Below are positions 25,877 through 38,637 of a stretch of DNA of 64,000 nt, piece after piece. This DNA comes from Tubiluchus corallicola (Eukaryota; Animalia; Priapulida). The DNA lies in NCBI GenBank assembly GCA_030141605.1, contig JAQGDQ010000839.1, positions 1-64,000 of the forward strand. Direction: 5' to 3'. The notes beneath the pieces were generated by a model. The model was not told the origin of the DNA and made no database searches. It saw only the letters and a program-made list of their open reading frames with translations. How positions within the stretch are numbered: position 1 is the stretch's first letter; the number at the start of each line of letters is the position of its first letter. The position numbers and the translations under genes are program-made.

Positions 25877-26660
25877 ACTCCTACTACACCGCGGTTTTGA
25901 TAACATGTATGCTTCCAATGTCCTTCCATTCAACATGAATTCCATGAAACCATGGCATAAAATCTCAACCATGTTGTATGGCAATGCATTACTTAATTAT
26001 GACCAAAATGTTCCTGTATTTAACTTAGTTCAAAATTTTATTGGTGCTACTAAAAGATTTCCACCTGACTGTTGTGGAGATTGCTGACATCTATTAGAAT
26101 TACATAGAACATTTTCGAATGTTCCGTTGGAATGAATGTCTTACCGTCTGGAATGTTCTGGAACATTACTTCTGGAAGCTTCTTGGACGCGCTATATAAG
26201 GCGAAGCAGGCCGCTGACAAGGGGGGGGGGGCACGCAGATCTCGCACGGACGTATACTTACACATTCTCTTGTATACTTACATTTTCAGATACACTTAAA
26301 CGTTTTCCAGATTTTCACGCTTACTGTAAACATTTCGCGTCCCTTCATACTTTTGTGTTGTAGAATTCTCATTTAATAAACTAGTTTAATTTGACGAAGT
26401 GTTTTCTGGTTTTCTCTACGAGCCTTCCGAGAGAAACAAAACACAACACGGACTGATCATAAGTTCTCTTACCTTTTGCTTCGAGCTATATTCTGTGTTC
26501 CTTTGACCTTCCTCCTGATTTTTTGTTGAGTTAGTTTAGTTTAAAATTATAATTGTAAATAATGCAATGATGCTGTAAATATGTGAGGTCTATTATCAGC
26601 TTAATTGCTCTCCGTCAAAGATTATCTTCATTTGAAAAATAAAAACATGTTTATAAAAAA
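25877..26660 (+). mobile_element. CR1/L2-group LINE 3' end interrupted by a solo LTR
   Basis: MLYGN...N-x-x-VF-x-x-VQNFI-x-x-TKRF; AATAAA and poly-A at about 26640-26662; AACTGACTC on both flanks. Confidence 0.7.
26070..26448 (+). mobile_element. Solo LTR (379 bp)
   Basis: TGTTGTG...CACAACA termini, 5-bp flanks CTGAC/CGGAC, internal TATATAA (about 26192) and AATAAA (about 26375). Confidence 0.75.
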
Positions 26661-26801
26661 AACTGACTCTTACTGACTCAAGCATTTTGACATGCCTTCT
26701 GAAATCAGTCCCCAATCCCCGACTGTCAGTTACATGAGTTTAGTTGCCGAACTTCATATAATCGTTTTTGAATTGGAGCCACCCACTCATTACCATTTGG
26801 C

Positions 26802-28082
26802 CAAAAACTGTCCATCATTAAAAGATACTGTAAGTTATGCAAACCACCTGCTCAAAGTTACAATTAAAAACTGTCCTTCATTTAAAGTTGCTGTAAGTCA
26901 TCCAAACCACCTGCTCAAAGTTACCATTAAAAACTGTCCTTCATTAAAAGATACTGCAAGTTATCCAAACCACCTGCTCAAAGTTACCATTAAAAACTGT
27001 CCTTCATTAAAAGTTGCTGTAAGTCATCCAAACCACCTGCTCAAAGTTACCATTAAAAACTGTCCTTCATTAAAAGATACTGTAAGTTATCCAAACCACC
27101 TGCTCAAAGTTACCATTAAAAACTGTCCTTCACTAAAATATACTGTAAGTTAACCAAACAACCTGCTCAAAGTTACCATTAAAAACTGTCCTTCATTAAA
27201 AGATACTGTAAGTTATCCAAACCACCTGCTCAAAGTTACCATTAAAAACTGTCCTTCATTAAAATATACTGTAAGTTATCCAAACCACCTGCTCAAAGTT
27301 ACCATTAAAAACTGTCCTTCACTAAAATATATTGTAAGTTAACCAAACAACCTGCTCAAAGTTACCATTAAAAACTGTCCTTCACTAAAAGATACTGCAC
27401 TTTATCCAAACCACCTGCTCAAAGTTACCATTAAAAACTGTCATTCACTAAAATATACTGTAAGTTAACCAAACAACCTGCTCAAAGTTACCATTAAAAA
27501 CTGCCCTTCATTAAAAGATACTGCACTTTATCCAAACCACCTGCTCAAAGTTACCATTAAAAACTGTCCTTCATTAAAATATACTGTAAGTTAACCAAAC
27601 AACCTGCTCAAAGTTACCATTAAAAACTGTCATTCACTAAAAGATACTGTAAGTTATCAAAACCACCTGCTCAAAGTTATCATTAAAAACTGCCCTTCAT
27701 TAAAAGATACTGTAAGTTATCAAAACCACCTGCTCAAAGTTACCATTAAAAACTGTCCTTCACTAAAAGATACTGTAAGTTATCAAAACCACCTGCTCAA
27801 AGTTACCATTAAAAACTGTCCTTCACTAAAAGATACTGTAAGTTATCAAAACCACCTGCTCAAAGTTACCATTAAAAGCTGCCCTTCATTAACAGATACT
27901 GTAAGTTATCCAAACCACCTGCTCAAAGTTACCATTAAAAACTGCCCTTCATTAAAAGATACTGTAAGTTAACCAAACAACCTGCTCAAAGTTACCATTA
28001 AAAACTGTTCTTCACTAAAAGATACTGTAAGTTATCCAAACCACCTGCTCAAAGTTACCATTAAAAACTGTCCTTCACTAAT
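26802..28082. repeat. 63-bp minisatellite, about 20 copies
   Basis: AAAAACTGTCCTTCATTAAAAGATACTG... unit. Confidence 0.96.
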
Positions 28083-28449
28083 ACCACGATACAAAAATTA
28101 GTTTCATAATAATAATTAGTCTGACTAAACTAATTACCATACTGTACTAATTCACTTCCAATGGTGCCATAAGTTACGCAAATCGGGTTGCTCAACTCTT
28201 ATAAGTTTTTGAGCTGAAAGTGACTTTCAGTGGCCTCAAACATTTGCTCAAAGTCATCAAATATTCGATCAAAATTTCTCCCTGTCTACATGAATACATT
28301 TTGACAGCTCTTCAATAGATCTTTGAAAAATATGCACATGTGCCAGAAGTCCAAGGATAAAGCAAACAATAATGACAATAATCATTATAAATTAAAAACA
28401 TATTGAAAGGTATGTTACCCTGTATTGAGTAATGGGCAGCCTGACTTAC

Positions 28450-28553
28450 CGATCAGAAAGATCTCCGAAGATTATTGCACCGATTAGCACCCCGGCCATG
28501 TAAATAGAAGCAGTCAACGCATTTTTATACTCCGAGTCACAAACCAAGTCAAA
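28450..28553 (-). CDS. Orct: SLC22 exon 3 (FDLVCDSEY...GDLSDR)
   Basis: 104-nt exon, TTTCAG acceptor, GTAAGT donor. Confidence 0.95.
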
Positions 28554-28625
28554 CTGAAACAGTAAGATCTTACATGAATGCATATAGCCCAATGTGTGAT
28601 GCAATAAACAATGAGAGATTAAATG

Positions 28626-28989
<364 letters not shown>

Positions 28990-29118
28990 GCTTTTAGAAC
29001 AGCTACGCAAATATCTTGCACTTCACAAAATTTGAAAATTAGAATAGAAATTGTGAATTAACATAATTGTAAAAGTGAGGGTAGTTTGCAAAATGAGGCC
29101 ATGCAATTTCATACTCAC

Positions 29119-29344
29119 ATCACTGACTACAGTGGAGGAATATTGAGAATCGTCATACACCCACCCTCTGTCACATTTTATCACCCCCGTTGGCTGAGTG
29201 TCCCATCCTGGCGCAGAATGATTCCAGTCATAGCGTTTACAAGAGTCATACTCGCCAGTCTTACCGTCCAGAGGTATGGCTTCAGAAAAATTGATCCCTG
29301 AGTATTGCGGGTGGGTTTCATTATCCAACCCAGGTATGAAACAC
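29119..29344 (-). CDS. Orct: SLC22 exon 2, extracellular loop (CFIPGLDNETH...CDRGWVYDDSQYSSTVVSD)
   Basis: CTACAG acceptor, GTGAGT donor; phase 2 in, phase 0 out. Confidence 0.92.
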
Positions 29345-29688
29345 CTGTAGAAACAAGTTCTGATTACGAAATCTGGCAAGTTCACGTCAGTGACCCTCTC
29401 TAAATCACGTCTCAAGATTTCTCAAGATCTAGTTGGCCCTACTTTTATTTTTCAATTCGATTCAGTTCAAATTTTTATTTCGGTAACTAAGACCATATAA
29501 AACACCAACTACAGTGCCTAAAATGAAATAAAATACAATGAAACAAAAATTGCAAGAGTAAATGCATATACAGGGTTAGTAATTTAGTATCAATTTTAGA
29601 GGCTAATTATGTAATAATTCGTTCGATTTCACAAAAAAGTAAGATTTGGCAAGTCTATGTATGTTAATAATAGCAGTCATAATACTAT

Positions 29689-30119
29689 AGTGTATAATAC
29701 CACACTGTATCTCGACACTAGGCGGAGGAGCTGCACAAGCAGCCAACAGCTAGAGGGCGGAGGAGGTCAAGTGACCCAACGGCCATGTGTAGAGGAGTAA
29801 ACCTTCCAAATCTGGGGTGGAGCCCTGAAGGCGGACCAGTGCAGCATGCTCAGTGACTCCGGCAGCTCCTGCAGCCAACTTGGTGCCAAACGTATCGCTC
29901 CGTTTTCCTTTGGACTACACCAGGGAGGAAGAGAGGGGGTTCCTGTTGTCTGGGCAACTCAGGATCTCCATACACCTTGCCCAGGCGTGCGCCCTGGAGA
30001 CGTTCAAGGATCGTACTGCTCAGCCACAGTCGACGCTGCAGCTCCATCAATGTGATCAATAACTGACTCTCTTGGCGCACACTCCATTGTCGTCCGAGAC
30101 AGAAGGATGCCAACCAACT
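29689..30119 (+). mobile_element. Internally deleted non-autonomous RTE-like element
   Basis: GC-rich RTE-type 5' region joined to the ORF end RIVLLSHSRRC...* and 3'UTR; TSD ATAATACTAT (29679-29688 / 30120-30129). Confidence 0.7.
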
Positions 30120-30964
30120 ATAATACTATTGCCAATGTGCAGTAATAACCTATTGTAAACGCTATAACATGATCTTCTGCGATTATGACTAAAATTTGGT
30201 AGAGATTTCTTTACATACAATGCCAGAAGCACTGCAATCGTACTTTAAGCGAAGCAGTCTTCTGATACCATTGTTGTATGCAATACGCAGTCCTATTTAT
30301 CACACCATTAATATAATAAGTTGACAAAGACATACAGTAAACGCTGCGGAAGTAGCTCCGGAAGTAGCTCTTAAATAACGTGATTTTAACATCTTTTGAA
30401 CAAATTTTCTTATTAAAGAGTTAATCGATATATAAAAAAGACTAGTCTGGTTTGAATGTCATAGTTGTTGCTTAGATTAGTGCATATATATATTATATGT
30501 AATCTTTATTTGCCATAAAAAATCGATATTCATAACTATAAAAGCATAAAAGAACATCGCAGCATGAGAATAAAATTCACACAACTGTTAAAGGCAAATG
30601 CGTCCAGTGCAAACTAAAAACTACTGTGCCAAAAATTTAAAACAAAAATATACATTATAATATTACACGGAAATTATAGCAAGATATAATTTCTTATGCA
30701 TTATAAGATTACACGGAAAATATGAGGAAGATATTTCTCATGAACAGTCTTTGATGTCTGAAGACTGTTTTAGTGTCTGTTTGTCTCCCAGAACTGTTCT
30801 AGGAGTAATCTCCTCCTGTAAACAGTCTAACAAAGTTCAATCGCTCGCAGAAACCATTGACTCTGACCGTTGATGATTAACTGATAGCGTGGGTCTATAT
30901 CTCAGGTAATAACTCAAATCACATACTCTCACCGACTTTGATAATATTATAGCATCAACTCATT

Positions 30965-32628
30965 GTTTTATTTTAACATTGACATTTATTATAGTGACCT
31001 TGACCTTTGAGGTTTTACACAGAGGTGTGTTCAAGTCGCATGGGAGGAATTTCACGGGGAACAGTTGAACTAATCATTTCACTTTGTCTAATGGTGATGA
31101 TATTAGCGCTAGTTACCCCTGTCTTAGCTTTCACTGTGACCTTTGAATGACCTCTCCCTGCTTTACTTTGACATTAACTTTCATTATAGTGACCTTGAAC
31201 TTTAGGGTTTTACGCAGAGGTGTGTTAAAGTCGCATGGGAGCAGTCGAATTAAACGTTTCACTTTGTCTAGTAACGATGATATTAGCGGCACTTACTCGT
31301 GTCTTAGCTTTCACTGTGACCTGTGAATGACCTCTGCCTGCTTTATTTTGACATTAACTTTCATAATAGTGACCTTGAACTTTAGGGTATTACGCAGAGG
31401 CGCGTTCAAGTCGCATGGGAGCAGTCGAATTAAACGTTTCACTTTGTCTAGTAACGATGATATTAGCGGCACTTACTCCTGCCTTAGCTTTCACTGTGAC
31501 CTTTGAATGACCTCTCCCTGCTTTATTTTGACATTAACTTTCATTATAGTGACCTTGAACTTTAGGGTTGACCTTAGGGGTTTTACGCAGAGGTGCGTTC
31601 AAGTCGCATGGGAGCAGTCGAATTAAACATCTTACTTTGTCTAATAGTGATGATATTAGAGCAACTTACTCCTGCCTTAGCTTTCACTGTGACCTGTGAA
31701 TGACCTCTCCCTGCTTTATTTTGACATTAACTTTCATTATAGTGACCTTGGCCTTTAGGGTATTACACAGAGGCGCGTTCAAGTCGCATGGGAGCAGTCG
31801 AATTAAACGTTTCACTTTGTCTAGTAACGATGATATTAGCGGCACTTACTCCTGCCTTAGCTTTCACTGTGACCTGTGAGTGACCTCTGCCTGCTTTATT
31901 TTGACATTAACTTTCATTATAGTGATCTTGAACTTTAGGGTATTACGCAGAGGCGCGTTCAAGTCGCATGGGAGCAGTCGAATTAAACGTTTCACTTTGT
32001 CTAGTAACGATGATATTAGCGGCACTTACTCGTGTCTTAGCTTTCACTGTGACCTGTGAATGACCTCTCCCTGCTTTATTTTGACATTAACTTTCATTAT
32101 AGTGACCTTGGCCTTTAGGGTATTACACAGAGGCGCGTTCAAGTCGCATGGGAGCAATCGAATTAAACGTTTCACTTTGTCTAGTAACGATGATATTAGC
32201 GGCACTTACTCCTGCCTTAGCTTTCACTGTGACCTGTGAGTGACCTCTGCCTGCTTTATTTTGACATTAACTTTCATTATAGTGATCTTGAACTTTAGGG
32301 TATTACGCAGAGGCGCGTTCAAGTCGCATGGGAGCAGTCGAATTAAACGTTTCACTTTGTCTAGTAACGATGATATTAGCGGCACTTACTCGTGTCTTAG
32401 CTTTCACTGTGACCTGTGAATGACCTCTGCTTGCTTTATTTTGACATTAACTTTCATTATAGTGACCTTGAACTTTAGGGTTGACCTTTGGGGTTTTACG
32501 CAGAGGTGTGTTCAAGTCGCATGGGAGCAGTCGAATTAAACATCTTACTTTGTCTAATAGTGATGATATTAGAGCAACTTACTCCTGCCTTAGCTATCAC
32601 TATGACCTGTGAATGACCTGTGACCTAA
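30965..32628. repeat. About 180-bp satellite, about 9 copies, with partial 360-bp dimer periodicity
   Basis: Identical columns at 31741/31921/32101/32281/32461, with alternating variants. Confidence 0.95.
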
Positions 32629-32954
32629 GACCAAGAAAGTATTTATCCTCGTATTTTAATTATAGTAAAAAATAACCAAAAAAGCTTCGTGTCAAAGTTC
32701 AAATTTGGAGATTTTTGAGCGTTTGGCGTTTTGACGTTTCAAAAATTCAAATTTAAAATTTCATTCACTTTATTTTACGCTTATATGCTTTTGTACTTTT
32801 ATACTACAATGTTTTACAATTGTAAAACTAATAAAACTAATAATAACTAACTTAAGACGGTGTTAATATAAAAAACTGCCAACTTTTATTGATGCTTAGA
32901 ATTTAAACTTTATACAGAGGACGTTTTTGTTCTCAGACAAACATACGCATCTGT

Positions 32955-33035
32955 GATATAACGGTTAATGTAACTGCCCGGGAAGCAGAAGATCTGAGTT
33001 CGAGTCTCAGCGAAGGTGGAAATATTTTCCAGAAT
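32955..33035 (+). mobile_element. tRNA-like SINE head / tRNA pseudogene
   Basis: B-box GAGTTCGAGTCTC within a T-arm-like stem; acceptor stem not intact. Confidence 0.45.
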
Positions 33036-33139
33036 TTGTAATTTAACACTACTTTTGTGCGCTTGGTGGATTAAAAAAACTAAAAGTTAAGAGTTTTATT
33101 TCGACGGAGCTTCTGATAACATAAATAATTTACCTGTGA

Positions 33140-33218
33140 ATAGTTTAAACATAATTTATTTAGGATTTGATCAGACAGTTTGAACAACATGATTTAGGAT
33201 CCTCACCACAACAGACTA

Positions 33219-33257
<39 letters not shown>

Positions 33258-34710
33258 CTCTCTCTCTATTATAGGATTTGATCAGACAGTTTGTACAACA
33301 TGATTTAGGATCCTCACCACAACAGACTACTACACACACACACACTCTCTCTCTCTCTATTATAGGATTTGATCAGACAGTTTGAACAACATGATTTAGG
33401 ATCCTCACCACAACAGACTACTACACACACACACACACACTCTCTCTCTCTCTCTATTATAGGATTTGATCAGACAGTTTGTACAACATGATTTAGGATC
33501 CTCACCACATCAGACTACTACACACACACACACACACTCTCTCTCTCTCTCTCTCTCTCTCTATTATAGGATTTGATCAGACAGTTTGTACAACATGATT
33601 TAGGATCCTCACCACAACAGACTACTACACACACACACACACACTCTCTCTCTATTATAGGATTTGATCAGACAGTTTGAACAACATGATTTAGGATCCT
33701 CACCACAACAGACTACTACACACACACACACACACACTCTCTCTCTCTATTATAGGATTTGATCAGACAGTTTGTACAACATGATTTAGGATCCTCACCA
33801 CATCAGACTACTACACACACACGCACACACACACACTCTCTCTCTCTCTATTATAGGATTTGATCAGACAGTTTGTACAACATGATTTAGGATCCTCACC
33901 ACAACAGACTACTACTACACACACACACACACTCTCTCTCTCTCTCTATTATAGGATTTGATCAGACAGTTTGTACAACATGATTTAGGATCCTCACCAC
34001 AACAGACTACTACACACACACACACACACTCTCTCTCTCTATTATAGGATTTGATCAGACAGTTTGTACAACATGATTTAGGATCCTCACCACAACAGAC
34101 TACTACTACACACACACACACACTCTCTCTCTCTATTATAGGATTGGATCAGACAGTTTGTACAACATGATTTAGGATCCTCACCACATCAGACTTTATA
34201 CACTATTTACAAGAACATTTACAGTAAGAATAGCCTATACTTAGTTTTTAGTATACTTTAGTATACTAAAGTTTTACTACAGTGATACATTAGAAATTAG
34301 TAGAAAATGACGGTTAGTAAATATTAATGTACGAATATTTAAGAATGATGCATTTTATATCAGATAGAAACTTTAGGATCCTCACCACAACAGACTTTAT
34401 ACACTATTTACAAAAACATGTACAGTAAGAATAGACTATAACTACACAAGCTGACAAGTTTTACTACAAGATTACATTAGACATTAGTAGAAAATGATGG
34501 TTAGAAAATATTAATGTACGATTATTTAAGAATGATGCATTTTATATCAGATAGAAACTACTGGAAGCGTTTAGTACATAATATAAAGTCATGTATACAT
34601 TGGAATATTTTACAGTTAGTAACATAGTTAAATTCATCTTTACCGAATAATAACAACTTCAACAGATCATTATTTCCTAAGACAGCTATATTAAGGTTTT
34701 CAGGCAGAAG
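33140..34710 (-). mobile_element. LINE 3' end whose terminal ~57 bp is tandemly amplified 11 times with (CA)n(CT)n spacers
   Basis: The unit TAGGATTTGATCAGACAGTTTG...CACAACAGACT is the reverse complement of 24695-24750. Confidence 0.88.
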
Positions 34711-34723
34711 TACCCTTGTTTAC

Positions 34724-34869
34724 CTGTGTTTAGGAGTAGCGCCCAGAAAGACGTAGATTAAGTTATGCATTCCTACCCATATTGCTGGCCCTTGTAGGAC
34801 GAAATACACGTATTTCTGATATTTTCCAAAATCACCCAAATATTTTACAGCTGCATCGATATTAACCAT
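34724..34869 (-). CDS. Orct: SLC22 exon 1 (MVNIDAAVKYLGDFGKYQKYVYF...GATPKHR)
   Basis: ATG at 34869 with an in-frame upstream stop; donor AG|GTAAAC, phase 2. Confidence 0.9.
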
Positions 34870-35749
34870 AATGATTGATTTTACTGTCAGCTTGTCTTTG
34901 ATAATTCCATAATCACTCCACCGTTAGTTAAAAACCGAGCCGCAAATGTCAGTGAAACCGATTGTCCTACGTCACAAACTCGCCTGATCATGGTATGCGG
35001 GCCAAAATGTTAAATGTTCTCCCTCCTTTTAAGACAATTGCTAGGGCCACTTCACACAGTTATACCTGTCACATAAAGATGTAGGCTAACACGGTTAAAT
35101 ATTAGCATTACTAAGACTTGAGCTAACGTTTACTTATAGATATGATACGTGTTGAACCTCTGAGCTAGGGCAATAACTAGTGCTTAGTTTTCTTAGGCGG
35201 TTCCATGTTTAAGGCGTGCTGTAACGCATCTTAAGATAGTTTATTCGCAAGGAGCAACAGTTGTAGATGCGAAACGCAAAACGTGGGGAAAGAAACGTGC
35301 GCTGTTAAGATTAAGTGGAACGGATACTTGTTCCTGTAAAACAATCCAGGAAGTTCGGATAATTTACTAAACTAAAATATTTCTTCCATAATTCACATAT
35401 TTACATACATATATATATATATATATATATACATGTTTGTTTTTTGTATTTTGTGGTTTTCGCACTATATTTTAATGATAGGATTTTTGCATATAAACTC
35501 AACTGAATTGAATAGCTGTCGACCTGGACGACATTTTTAAAATAAAATAACTGAATTTAATGCAACGTTATTGATGCAAAGACTGCTTCAAAAATATGGG
35601 CTGCTTTTTTGGTCCTCCCCGTAACGCCGTACTTACTATGACCCGCGTGACTCGAGAAGTGATGATAAGAGGACGAATTCTGTCGTACTTTGAAACCACA
35701 GTCCACATTTGTCTGATCTTAGACATACACAGCAGTATGAAACAGATCG

Positions 35750-36826
35750 GGGGGGGGGGGCGGGGCGTATATACTGTGTTTTACATTACAAAGACTTAGG
35801 GTTGCCACCACTCCTGATCTGGCCTTGAGTCTCCTGGGGGATGGGGGGGCGTATAAACTGTGTTTTACATTACAACTTAGACTTAGGGTTGCCACCACTC
35901 CTGATCTGTTCTTGAGTCTCCTGGGGGATGGGGGGGGGCGTATATACTGTGTTTTACATTACAACTTAGACTTAGGGTTGCCACCACTCCTGATCTGTTC
36001 TTGAGTCTCCTGGGGGAGGGGGGGGGGCGTATAAACTGTGTTTTACATTACAACTTAGACTTAGGGTTGCCACCACTCCTGATCTGGCCTTGAGTCTCCT
36101 GGGGGAGGGGGGACCGGGGCGTATATACTGTGTTTTACATTACAACTTAGACTTAGGGTTGCCACCACTCCTGATCTGTTCTTGAGTCTCCTGGGGGATG
36201 GGGGGGGGGCGTATAAACTGTGTTTTACATTACAACTTAGACTTAGGGTTGCCACCACTCCTGATCTGGCCTTGAGTCTCCTGGGGGAGTTGGGACCGGG
36301 GCGTATATACTGTGTTTTACATTACAACTTAGACTTAGGGTTGCCACCACTCCTGATCTGTTCTTGAGTCTCCTGGGGGATGGGGGGGGGGCGTATAAAC
36401 TGTGTTTTACATTACAACTTAGACTTAGGGTTGCCACCACTCCTGATCTGGCCTTGAGTCTCCTGGGGGAGTTGGGACCGGGGCGTATATACTGTGTTTT
36501 ACATTACAACTTAGACTTAGGGTTGCCACCACTCCTGATCTGTTCTTGAGTCTCCTGGGGGATGGGGGGGGGGCGTATAAACTGTGTTTTACATTACAAC
36601 TTAGACTTAGGGTTGCCACCACTCCTGATCTGGCCTTGAGTCTCCTGGGGGAGTTGGGACCGGGGCGTATATACTGTGTTTTACATTACAACTTAGACTT
36701 AGGGTTGCCACCACTCCTGATCTGTTCTTGAGTCTCCTGGGGGATGGGGGGGGGCGTATAAACTGTGTTTTACATTACAACTTAGACTTAGGGTTGCCAC
36801 CACTCTGATCTGGCCTTGAGTCTCCT
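35750..36826. repeat. About 91-bp tandem array (12 copies) of flank + left TIR of a hAT-like MITE
   Basis: Each unit carries CTTAGACT|TAGGGTTGCCA and a G-tract; 182-bp dimer alternation. Confidence 0.93.
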
Positions 36827-38269
36827 GAAATTCGGCCATAGGTCCGTAGTTCGGTCGGATTTTTGAAAAATTATGAAATCTCCTTGTTCTTGACAAACTG
36901 CTGGGAACTCGTTTGTAACTTAATTTAAAACTTTGTTTTAATTCCAAGTATTATCATGACAATATAAAAAATTATGACAGCTACGTATCAGCCCTGCTTC
37001 GTGGTAAAACCGGAACATAGAGAGTATACAATGAAGCCAGTCGTGACGTCACATTCATACTTTTACGCTTAAATTACTGGCCATTACTACAGCACATATT
37101 TTTTACACTCCTGCTTTCAACCATCGATCACATTGAAATTTAAATGGAAAAACCAGAAATATATCTTGCTTGTTATCGAAAGTTTGCATAATATTAGGCT
37201 AACATCTCTGTTAGTCAAGATAAAAGGAAACTTATTGAATTTGGGTTTAATAGGTTGTATGATTTCCTCATTTTTTATTATTAATTCGTTATTTGTCATT
37301 AAAATGGTTCACTCATTATAATTATTATTATTATTATTATAATTCTTTATTTAAAATTTAAAATTGAACGCATATACAAATATTTACATAAAATACATAC
37401 AGGGACCCTCTATTTGCAGGGCATGGTTAAAAAAACTTTGTAAATAAAATAGCTGTTATATTCGCAAGACTTTTAAATACTAATAAATCAATATACCAAT
37501 AAAAGAACAACTAAAATTAAATAGTACCAATTTACAAATTATAAACAACTCATTATAAAAAAATTGAATAAGTGCAAAACTAAGGCCTAATTATATACAA
37601 TAAATGAACATATTTACAAACACCATATTAAAATATTTTCACAAAACAATATTATAAAAGTACATTAAATTTTACATGACATATTTTACATTATATATAC
37701 ATTTGGCATGACACAATTAGCAGAAACATGCTTCACATTACATAAATTTCACTCATTACATTTACACTATTTATAAATTTGACATTGCAAAACTGACATA
37801 ACGCGTATTACATTACATATTTTTTTTTAAATTTTACATTCTTAATCGTTTTATGGAGTCAGGGGCGGGGGTAGATGAAAGTTGAGTCTGTGTAATCAGT
37901 ATCACATGCATAATCTGGATTTTCAAACCGTCTACATTTTTCGCCGGTTTCTGCTGCAGCAATGCTACAAAGCAAGTATTTTCTTGCTTTTACTCTATTT
38001 TAACTGACATAACGTGAAGTTAAAAACTATCTCGAGAGTGACGTCAAAATACTTGAGGAATGGTATTGAGATTGGGCAGGAACTCCAAAGATCGTTGCAG
38101 ACCGTTTGCACTTTTTTGGTAAGGTCCAGACTCGGCTCTTTTTTCGTATCTAAAATCAAGAAATTTGTGTCACTTTGTGGTTGAAATTTCTTAATTTTTG
38201 TTTCTGAAAAAGGCCTCACGTTTGGAGCACTCCCCCACGATTTCGCTTCGTGACAAGATGGCAACCCTA
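36789..38269. mobile_element. hAT-like MITE containing a LINE 3'-end insertion
   Basis: TIR TAGGGTTGCCA...TGGCAACCCTA; 8-bp TSD CTTAGACT/CTTAGACC. Confidence 0.82.
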
Positions 38270-38637
38270 CTTAGACCACATTTCGGTTCGTGACAAGGTG
38301 GCAACCCTACTTAGACCACATTTCGGTTCGTGACAAGGTGGAAACCCTACTTAGACCACATTTCGGTTTATGACAAGATGGCAACCCTACTTAGACCACA
38401 TTTCGGTTCGTGACAAGGTGGCAACCCTACTTAGACCACATTTCGGTTCGCGACAAGATGGCAACCCTACTTAGACCACATTTCGGTTCGTGACAAGGTG
38501 GCAACCCTACTTAGACCACATTTCGGTTCGTGACAAGGTGGCAACCCTACTTAGACCACATTTCTGTTCGTGACAAGATTGCAACCCTACTTAGACCACA
38601 TTTCGGTTCGCGACAAGATGGCAACCCTACTTAGACC
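38240..38637. repeat. 40-bp tandem array (10 copies) of right TIR + TSD of the same MITE
   Basis: Unit ATTTCGGTTCGTGACAAGGTGGCAACCCTA|CTTAGACCAC. Confidence 0.95.

Noticed and set aside
26692-27153. 153-aa ORF with a 21-aa Cys/His repeat
   Set aside because: Product of the 63-bp minisatellite; later units contain in-frame TAA.
33160-34200. CRISPR-like repeat-spacer appearance
   Set aside because: Spacers are only (CA)n(CT)n length variants, the repeat is a LINE terminus, there are no cas genes, and the context is eukaryotic.
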